64,000 nt of DNA, taken from Poseidonia sp. (GTDB lineage: Archaea; Thermoplasmatota; Poseidoniia; Poseidoniales; Poseidoniaceae). Position 1 is the first letter of the stretch. Each line of letters starts with the position of its first letter. The DNA lies in contig JAYQVP010000002.1 of NCBI GenBank assembly GCA_038148515.1, positions 92,102 through 156,101 on the forward strand, read 5' to 3'. The translations under genes were made by a program, and so were the position numbers. Of the stretch, positions 57,824 through 64,000 are shown one piece after another. The notes beneath the pieces were generated by a model, which was not told where the DNA came from, ran no database searches, and saw only the letters and a program-made list of their open reading frames with translations.

Positions 57824-58977
57824 GATTCTTCCTCTCCTGCGGTTGCAGAACGATGGCTATCCAACATCGAGGAAGGGGGGCTGCTAGCGAGGCGGAGACA
57901 AAACATCAGCGTCACGGCCGACAGGAAGGCCATGACGCCAACCACGAGGTGGAGGAGAGAAAGCCATTCTGGAAAATCGCCGACTTGAGCAAACACGATG
58001 TAGGAGCCCCCCACCATCACATTGAGGACCCAAAAACCAGTTGTGATTTCCGCCATTCGCACCAAGGAGGTGGCTCCTTCTTCGCCAGCAGCGGCCGTGC
58101 GTAGGTGGCTGAGGCTCAAGACCAAAACCAAACCGACAACGAGGGCCCCAATTCGGTGAATCATTTGAATAAAAATCCCGGGACCTGCCAGGGAGGGCAA
58201 GAAGGAACCTTGGCATTTCGGCCACCCGTTGGGGAAGCCGACAGAACAACTTTGATTGTACTGACCGCCTGCTGAGGAAGAAACCCATGCCCCCAATATG
58301 AGCAACAACCCCACGGCGCCTGCCACAGAATGAACGCGTCGGCGTTGGCTGTTGAGAAACATCGTCGGAGCGCGCATGAAGGTCCATGATGCCCCCTCAC
58401 TCAGTCGCATAGCGATGTATTGCCAAATCAAGACAGAGGCAAACACGCAGGCGAGGGACAGATGGAGGGCAACCGTCCAGTCCGCATTGTCGTAACGGAC
58501 GGTGATGTACCCTGCTGCGGCTTGGATGAACAGCAAGGCGGCCGCCAACACGGCAGCGTTGCTCACCCCTCGACCGTAGGCCTTCTGACGAGCACGCATG
58601 AGGAATACGTTGGCCACAATGGGCACAGCGATCACGCCGACGAGAAGGCGGTGAAACCATTCCACGAATATCTGGAAGGTGGTGTACCGATGGTTAAGAC
58701 CCCGAGAGTCCACTTCTTCAGGGTGGGCCGCCCAATAGGCTGCTTGCTCGTCTTCGCTGACGTCAAAATGCCATGTGCCGAAGCAAGTCGGCCACTCAGG
58801 ACACGATTCTCCAGCATCGTTGATGCGTATGGATCCGCCAACAACCACGATAAGAAGTGCCATGACGGCTAAAAGAAGCGGCAGGGTCGACGGGCGTCGC
58901 CACCACTCCACCTCCATACCTCTTGGGGGGAGCAGACCCCTTTTGAACAAATGCCTCCCCCCGTGTGCATGGGTCAA
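57820..58977 (-). CDS. ctaA: Heme A synthase (CtaA/COX15-like)
   Basis: Multi-TM protein with conserved Cys pair CPEWPTCFG and His residues in TM helices. Start overlaps ctaB (ATGA). The true start may be the internal Met MEVEWW at 58917. Confidence 0.7.
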   Translation of the reverse strand: MTHAHGGRHLFKRGLLPPRGMEVEWWRRPSTLPLLLAVMALLIVVVGGSIRINDAGESCPEWPTCFGTWHFDVSEDEQAAYWAAHPEEVDSRGLNHRYTTFQIFVEWFHRLLVGVIAVPIVANVFLMRARQKAYGRGVSNAAVLAAALLFIQAAAGYITVRYDNADWTVALHLSLACVFASVLIWQYIAMRLSEGASWTFMRAPTMFLNSQRRRVHSVAGAVGLLLILGAWVSSSAGGQYNQSCSVGFPNGWPKCQGSFLPSLAGPGIFIQMIHRIGALVVGLVLVLSLSHLRTAAAGEEGATSLVRMAEITTGFWVLNVMVGGSYIVFAQVGDFPEWLSLLHLVVGVMAFLSAVTLMFCLRLASSPPSSMLDSHRSATAGEEES

Positions 58978-59871
58978 AGGCGGCGCATAGCGACCCTGTG
59001 CACTCTAACCATGGTGCTTTTGAGCACCTTGAGTCTCGCACAATCAACGACAGCCGACCAAGGCGCTATTCTGGATGTTCATGTTTTACCAGGTGAGTGC
59101 ATCACCTCGGGCGGCTGCATGGCCGACCGCCCAGGTCACCTCATCGAATACTTTAGCGCCGATTGGTGCGAGCCGTGCTTGGAGACTTCGCAGCAACTCA
59201 GAGCGTTAAATCGCACAGATACCTTGGTGGTGCAGCACCATCCATCTCCGCTTGACGAAACCTTTCAACCGAGCTCGAAAATGCGATTTGACCAGACATA
59301 CCGCCTCCTGTTTTTCCCATCGATGGTCGTGGATGGTACAGAGCTCTTGACGGGCACACGTCAAGCCATGGACCTCGGAACGACGCTCAACAACAGCACC
59401 ACGAATTGGCATGGCCTCAACGGCTTAGCACTCAACAACTCAACGCTGCAATGGACACCCATCGCTAACGCAACAGTGGTTGTGTGGTTCCTTCAACCTA
59501 CCTCCCATACCTCTGCGAACACAACTCACGAGCACCTCGTGGTGAAATCATGGAATGAAAATGCCTCAACGGGATGGTTGAACCTGAGCGAGGTGCAGCC
59601 GACCACCAACAGCCGGTTGGTGGTCCTGCTCGAACGTGAGGGCGGGCGAGTTCTCAACATCAGTTCCTTGGCTCCGATGGGCAACGCTGACCTCAATCTC
59701 GGCGAAGTCTCCGTCCCATCGGAAAACACCGCCTTCCCGACGCCACCAATGGTCGCCATCGGCTCGGCCATCGTGTTGTTGATGCTGTTCACACCTGCTC
59801 TTGTTTGGCATCTCCGAATTCGAAACACACCGGCGCCGTCCTTCACAGAGAACGAGACGGACGAGGAATGA
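58969..59871 (+). CDS. Membrane-anchored thioredoxin-fold thiol-disulfide oxidoreductase
   Basis: Signal/TM LCTLTMVLLSTLSLAQS, thioredoxin-like CxxC motif FSADWCEPCLETS, C-terminal TM AIGSAIVLLMLFTPALVW. Start uncertain (58951, 58969 or 59011). Confidence 0.5.
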   Translation: MGQRRRIATLCTLTMVLLSTLSLAQSTTADQGAILDVHVLPGECITSGGCMADRPGHLIEYFSADWCEPCLETSQQLRALNRTDTLVVQHHPSPLDETFQPSSKMRFDQTYRLLFFPSMVVDGTELLTGTRQAMDLGTTLNNSTTNWHGLNGLALNNSTLQWTPIANATVVVWFLQPTSHTSANTTHEHLVVKSWNENASTGWLNLSEVQPTTNSRLVVLLEREGGRVLNISSLAPMGNADLNLGEVSVPSENTAFPTPPMVAIGSAIVLLMLFTPALVWHLRIRNTPAPSFTENETDEE

Positions 59872-59932
59872 GGTAGGTTCAAAAAGAGTCGCTATCTCGC
59901 CAAACTGCGAGACCTCTCGCAAGTGATGTTGG

Positions 59933-60190
59933 ATGGTAAAACCTGCACGAGAACACACCCGCTTTGAACGCGCACGAATCATCGGCGCACGAGCCCTCCA
60001 AATCGGAATGGGGGCGCCCCTCTACGCCACGGAGGAAATCCTCCGCGAGCAATTCAAAGAGGAGTTGGTCTCCTTGTACGGTCTCGAAGAAGCGTCCATT
60101 CGCTTTGTTCTCGACCCGTTGAAAATCGCACTTTACGAGTACGAAAATCACCTAATTCCCATCGACGTGACGGACCACCTTGATGAGTGA
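59933..60190 (+). CDS. rpoK: DNA-directed RNA polymerase subunit K (Rpo6/omega-like)
   Basis: Conserved Rpo6 motif [21 protein letters not shown]. Confidence 0.7.
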   Translation: MVKPAREHTRFERARIIGARALQIGMGAPLYATEEILREQFKEELVSLYGLEEASIRFVLDPLKIALYEYENHLIPIDVTDHLDE

Positions 60191-60192
60191 TG

Positions 60193-61320
60193 TCACTCGG
60201 CTTGGAAGCCGTAGAAGGACGCTTGCTCAACATCAGGCAGCGCATCTCGCTTGACCAAAATGGTCCGGACAGCCCACAAGTCAACAAACACGCGGTACTT
60301 GGTCGTGGCGTCCAAGTAATCCACGCCACTTGACCCTCCAGTGCCCATGCGTCGGCCAATCATTCGCTCCACCATACGGGCATGGTGGGTCCGAAACAGC
60401 AGCATGGACTGTTCGAGTTCAACAAAACTGTCTATCAGACGTCGCGGCCAAGAGAGGAGCGGTAGGTCCCGGTAGGATTCGATGAACAACAACCCTGCTC
60501 GGCCTCTGTTGGCTTCGCCGTTTGGCTTCAAGAACCCCTGAGCACCCTCAATCCCCGCTTCAATCCGAGGTCGAACCGATGCTTCGGTGCCGTGGCCGAT
60601 GGCCACCATGTGCGAGATAACGTGCTCTCCATGGGTGCGCATGGCTTCGAGGTGTTGTTCGATGTAGGCATTGACCACCGCATCATCGCCGTCGTCGGCA
60701 GCTGTTGATCCGTGGATGGGTGTTCGCGCCAGCCAGGAGGTAAGAGCCTCATTGAGTGAGGCTTGGCGGTGCGTATCTTGCACCTCAGCGAGAACGGAGG
60801 AGGAAATTTTACCCTCGTCCGCCAACCGTTGCATGTGAGCTAGAGGATCCATTCCGCCTGTGCGTTGCTCGGGTTCCAAACCGAGCAGGATTTCCAGTTC
60901 CCGCAATTGCCAGGATTCAAACCCGGAGGACGTTCCCAACCGGTCCCTGAATGCCAAAAAGTCCTGAGGGGTGAGGGTTTCCATGACCTTCCATTGGTCG
61001 GCCAGCAGGCGGAAAATTTCGCTTACGCGTTCAAGATGATGAACAATCACGGGAATGGTGGATTCCTCAACCTTGGGTTCGACCAGCAGCTTACGCGCCT
61101 CTTTGAGTTCCCGGAGAATCAATTTGAACCATAATTCAAAGGTCTGGTGAACGATAATGAAATGCAATTCATCGTTGGACGGGGGCGGGGCATACCCATC
61201 GGGGCCGTCTTGCAAGCGCAAGAGTTCCTCGAGACGAAGGTATCCACCGTACGTCATGCGAAAGGGGAGTGATGCGTCTGTCATGCTTCGTCGAACGCCT
61301 GTCGCCACATGAAACTTCAC
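60193..61320 (-). CDS. kynA: Tryptophan 2,3-dioxygenase (TDO, KynA)
   Basis: Bacterial TDO similarity: YGGYLRLEELLRLQ, ELHFIIVHQTFELWFKLILREL, and heme-binding His region (HHARMVERMIGRRMGTGGSSG). Confidence 0.8.
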   Translation of the reverse strand: MKFHVATGVRRSMTDASLPFRMTYGGYLRLEELLRLQDGPDGYAPPPSNDELHFIIVHQTFELWFKLILRELKEARKLLVEPKVEESTIPVIVHHLERVSEIFRLLADQWKVMETLTPQDFLAFRDRLGTSSGFESWQLRELEILLGLEPEQRTGGMDPLAHMQRLADEGKISSSVLAEVQDTHRQASLNEALTSWLARTPIHGSTAADDGDDAVVNAYIEQHLEAMRTHGEHVISHMVAIGHGTEASVRPRIEAGIEGAQGFLKPNGEANRGRAGLLFIESYRDLPLLSWPRRLIDSFVELEQSMLLFRTHHARMVERMIGRRMGTGGSSGVDYLDATTKYRVFVDLWAVRTILVKRDALPDVEQASFYGFQAE

Positions 61321-61456
61321 TCATCTTTGGGCCGCAAAGGACCGGACGGCAAACCATGTGCGACAACCGCATGCAATGACACACAGGAGATGATGCCATG
61401 GCGATCTTGTCTACGATGAGGAAGCAAACCCATACCTCCGTGCTGGCGCGGCAACA

Positions 61457-62641
61457 TTGCCTCGAACGCAGCCGAACATCGTGCAGAGAGGACATAATAC
61501 TCATAGAGCGAGTACGAAACCCCTCCGCATGGGCGTACCACTCGATACCGTGCAGGCGTGGCTCAAGGCATACGACCCAGCGTCCATCACCATTGGTGTT
61601 GTTGCATCCCATTCTTCACTGCAGATTCTCCACGGTGCGCGACAAGAAGGGTTCCGAACGTTGGGAATTGCCGTGGGTGAAAATCGTCGCCGCTTCTACA
61701 AGGCCTTTCCAGGAGCCGACCCTGACGAGTGGTTGATGCTCGAAGACTACCGAGAGATGCTCGACCATGCCGAATGGTTTCGCCAAAAGAATGTCATCAT
61801 CGTCCCCCACGGCTCGCTGGTTGAGTACCTTGGAGCGAACAACTTCCGAACCCTTGAGGTGCCGACCTTCGGAAACCGGAACATCTTGCATTGGGAAAGC
61901 AGTCGAGCCCTCCAGCGAGAATGGTTGGAAGACGGTGGTTGCACCATGCCGCAGGTCATCGAAGACCCCCACAACATCGCAGGCCCCGTGATCGTCAAGT
62001 ACGCCGGTGCGAAAGGTGGCCGAGGCTACTTCATCGCCAGGGATTATCGAGACTTCCGCCGAAACGTGGACATTGAAGAGGAGTTCACCATCCAAGAGTA
62101 TGTCCTGGGTTGTCGCTACTATTTGCATTTCTTTTTCGACCCGACCGCTGATGATGGATTTCAAGTTCAAGGACGTGGTGCGCACGCTGGGAAAAATCTC
62201 GGACGGCTTGAATTGCTGTCCATGGACCGAAGGGACGAAAGCAACGTGGATGAATTCTACAAACTCGGTTCGTTGCGAGATTTGCGTGAAATGTCGCTTG
62301 AACCCTCGTTTGTCGTGACGGGTAACCAACCCGTTGTCATCCGCGAATCCCTGCTGCCTCGGGCCTTTGAACTGGCTGAGGGAACCGTGGCCGCCTCATA
62401 CAACCTCGAGGAAGGATCACGGGGCATGCTTGGCCCGTTCTGTTTGGAGACCATTGTGACGGACCAATTGGAGTTCAAGGTCTTCGAAATCAGTGCTCGG
62501 ATCGTGGCAGGCTCCAATCCGTTCATCGGCGGCTCCCCCTACTCCGACATCAACGAACGGTTCATGTCAACCGGGCGCCGGATTGCTCGTTCCATCAAGA
62601 AGGCGATTGAAGCTGACCGCTTGGACGAGATCGTTTCGTGA
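61457..62641 (+). CDS. purP: 5-formaminoimidazole-4-carboxamide ribonucleotide synthetase (PurP, ATP-grasp)
   Basis: Archaeal PurP N-terminal pattern ITIGVVASHSSLQILHGARQEGFRTLGIAV and a C-terminal ATP-grasp region (GPFCLETIVTDQLEFKVFEISARIVAGSNPF). Confidence 0.8.
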   Translation: MPRTQPNIVQRGHNTHRASTKPLRMGVPLDTVQAWLKAYDPASITIGVVASHSSLQILHGARQEGFRTLGIAVGENRRRFYKAFPGADPDEWLMLEDYREMLDHAEWFRQKNVIIVPHGSLVEYLGANNFRTLEVPTFGNRNILHWESSRALQREWLEDGGCTMPQVIEDPHNIAGPVIVKYAGAKGGRGYFIARDYRDFRRNVDIEEEFTIQEYVLGCRYYLHFFFDPTADDGFQVQGRGAHAGKNLGRLELLSMDRRDESNVDEFYKLGSLRDLREMSLEPSFVVTGNQPVVIRESLLPRAFELAEGTVAASYNLEEGSRGMLGPFCLETIVTDQLEFKVFEISARIVAGSNPFIGGSPYSDINERFMSTGRRIARSIKKAIEADRLDEIVS

Positions 62642-63985
62642 TCAATTCTCATCGCCCATCATGGCGTCAAGGTCAGGGGCTTCTGGGATGGCATCCACAT
62701 CCGAGGATTCGTCAACCACTTCAGTTTCTGTCTGCATGTTCGCCTGTGCCCGAGCGAGTTCCTCTTCGAGAGCGCGGCGGGATGCAGCACGCTCTTCGGG
62801 GGAGGGTAGAGTGAATTCTGCAACCATCATGATGGGGTCTCCGCTGGACAGTTCGCCGTTGTATTCACGCGCATCGTCGCCTTGGTTCACAATGACCTGG
62901 AATTTGGTTGGGTCCTTGCTTTTCCGCTTTTGGTGCTTTTTGTAGTGGTGAACGTAAACTTGGTATGTACCGGCAGGAGCTTTGCCTTCTTCCCAGAAGA
63001 CGTTTTCAACGGGCTTTCGGGTCTCGGCGCGAACGTTGGCATCAACGTCCAACTCGCCACCGCAAGCCGACTTCTTGTTTCCTCCGTGAATGCGCTCACC
63101 GGAAGGACACACGACATGGAGGTCCAAGTCGTTGTAGTTGTTCCACATCAAGGAGATTTGAACATCGGAGGATTGAGCACCTTCGCGTTCCAGTCGAGCC
63201 TTCAGTTCAGCCATAGCTTGTTGGGCTGCGGCACGGGATTCCAACAATTCCTGTTCCCTTGCGGCCTCAATTTCCGCTTGCCGTTGTTCCTCTGCCGCTT
63301 TCAGTTCGGCTTGGCGTTGTTCCTCGGCCGCTTCCATTTCCTCAGCGTCAGGGAGTTCACCACCGGCTTGCAGAAGTTCTGCCTCGAGTTCGCGCCGTCG
63401 GCGTGCTCGCTCTTCGGGTGATGGCAAGTTGAATTCGGCCACCATCATGATGGGGTCGCCGGCATTGAGTTCACCGTTGTATTCGAAGGCGTCCCCGCCT
63501 TGGTTCACGATGACCTGGAATTTGGTCGGATCCTTGCTCTTTCGCTTCTTGTGTTTCTTGTAATAGTGAACGTACACCTGATATTTACCAGCTGGGGCTT
63601 TGCCTTCTTCCCAAAACACGTTTTCAACCGGCTTCCGGGTCTCTGCGCGCACGTTGGCATCAACGTCCAACTCGCCACCACAGGCCGACTTCTTGTTGCC
63701 ACCGTGGATGCGTTCGCCGGAGGGGCACAGGACGTGGAGGTCCAAATCATTGTAGTTGTTCCACATCAAGGAGATTTGTACATCCGACGATTGCGCGCCC
63801 TCTCGTTCCAAACGAGCCCGTAGTTCAGCCATGGCGCGTTGAGCGGCAGCGCGTGACTCAAGCATCTCTTGTTCTTTGGCCGCTTCAATTTCGGCCAGAC
63901 GTTCTTCTTCTGCAGCTTGTAGTTCGGCCTGACGATTGGCTTCAAGTTCAGCGGCGAGACGCGCTTCTTCTTCTTCACGCTCCAA
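62642..63985 (-). CDS. Coiled-coil protein containing two tandemly duplicated ~175-aa Cys-motif modules; possibly 5'-partial at the window edge
   Basis: Each module is a Glu/Ala/Gln/Arg-rich coiled coil followed by REGAQSSDVQISLMWNNYNDLDLHV.CPSGERIHGGNKKSACGGELDVDANVRAETRKPVENVFWEEGKAPAG.YQVYVH.YKKH.KRKSKDPTKFQVIVNQG.DA.EYNGEL..GDPIMMVAEF.LPSPEERA. The two copies are ~90% identical in protein and DNA. Confidence 0.6.
   Translation of the reverse strand: MEREEEEARLAAELEANRQAELQAAEEERLAEIEAAKEQEMLESRAAAQRAMAELRARLEREGAQSSDVQISLMWNNYNDLDLHVLCPSGERIHGGNKKSACGGELDVDANVRAETRKPVENVFWEEGKAPAGKYQVYVHYYKKHKKRKSKDPTKFQVIVNQGGDAFEYNGELNAGDPIMMVAEFNLPSPEERARRRRELEAELLQAGGELPDAEEMEAAEEQRQAELKAAEEQRQAEIEAAREQELLESRAAAQQAMAELKARLEREGAQSSDVQISLMWNNYNDLDLHVVCPSGERIHGGNKKSACGGELDVDANVRAETRKPVENVFWEEGKAPAGTYQVYVHHYKKHQKRKSKDPTKFQVIVNQGDDAREYNGELSSGDPIMMVAEFTLPSPEERAASRRALEEELARAQANMQTETEVVDESSDVDAIPEAPDLDAMMGDEN
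62780..63940. repeat. Intragenic tandem direct repeat, two copies of a ~618-bp unit at ~90% nucleotide identity
   Basis: Compare 62871-63300 with 63481-63920. For example ccttggttcacaatgacctggaatttggttgggtccttgct vs ccttggttcacgatgacctggaatttggtcggatccttgct. Confidence 0.8.
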
Positions 63986-64000
63986 CGCCCGCCGGGCGTC

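Noticed and set aside
58918-58977. Overlapping divergent starts of ctaA and the thioredoxin-like gene
   Set aside because: This is likely an artefact of ORF-track longest-ORF starts. Internal Mets (MEVEWW for CtaA, MGQRRR or MVLLSTL for the Trx-like gene) remove the overlap.
1-64000. CRISPR arrays, rRNA genes, transposases/integrases, restriction-modification or toxin-antitoxin modules
   Set aside because: No short regularly spaced direct repeats, no rRNA-like conserved stretches, and no DDE, tyrosine-recombinase or methyltransferase-endonuclease pairs were seen. The only PIN protein is the conserved aIF2-gamma-linked housekeeping one.
1-64000. Haloarchaeal origin suggested by the high GC content
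   Set aside because: The encoded proteins are not markedly acidic (for example aIF2-gamma and the ATPase subunits have ordinary charge). A Thermoplasmatota / MGII-like marine archaeon fits the gene content better, although this remains a low-confidence assignment.

Overview
This window looks like a high-GC (~58-60%) archaeal chromosomal segment. Archaeal identity is supported by a complete A-type ATP synthase operon in the order H-I-K-E-C-F-A-B-D, aIF2-gamma, ribosomal protein S6e, Orc1/Cdc6, RNA polymerase subunit K, Dph2, PurP and an SMC-ScpA-ScpB operon. The many large secreted PKD-domain proteins and peptidases (M28, M61, an HExxH surface protease), an acyl-CoA dehydrogenase, heme A/O synthases and several bacterial-type genes are compatible with a Thermoplasmatota / Marine Group II-like archaeon, but this lineage call is low confidence. 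The proteins are not acidic enough for a haloarchaeon. About 55 genes are called, plus one tRNA-Ser(GCU). Most of the window is housekeeping. The regions worth a second look are as follows.
(i) A three-gene operon with 4-nt (ATGA) start/stop overlaps: an Orc/Cdc6-like AAA+ protein with a C-terminal winged helix and a K-to-R substitution in its Walker A motif, then a beta-propeller protein, then a small alpha-helical protein. Its upstream intergenic region carries a dense array of CGTTA/TAACG repeats and a perfect palindrome TAACGCGTTA. A related palindrome, TCAACGCGTTGA, lies upstream of the canonical orc1/cdc6 gene.
(ii) A cluster of one canonical and two degenerate KaiC-like ATPases, transcribed after a type-IV-pilin-like protein that carries a lamin-tail domain. 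A giant adhesin gene is divergent to this cluster.
(iii) A catalytically dead site-2-protease (M50) homologue fused to a large extracellular domain and translationally coupled to atpD.
(iv) A bacterial class-II tRNA nucleotidyltransferase paired head-to-head with a ParB-like protein.
(v) A 3'-terminal gene containing a ~90%-identical tandem duplication of a ~600-bp cysteine-motif module.
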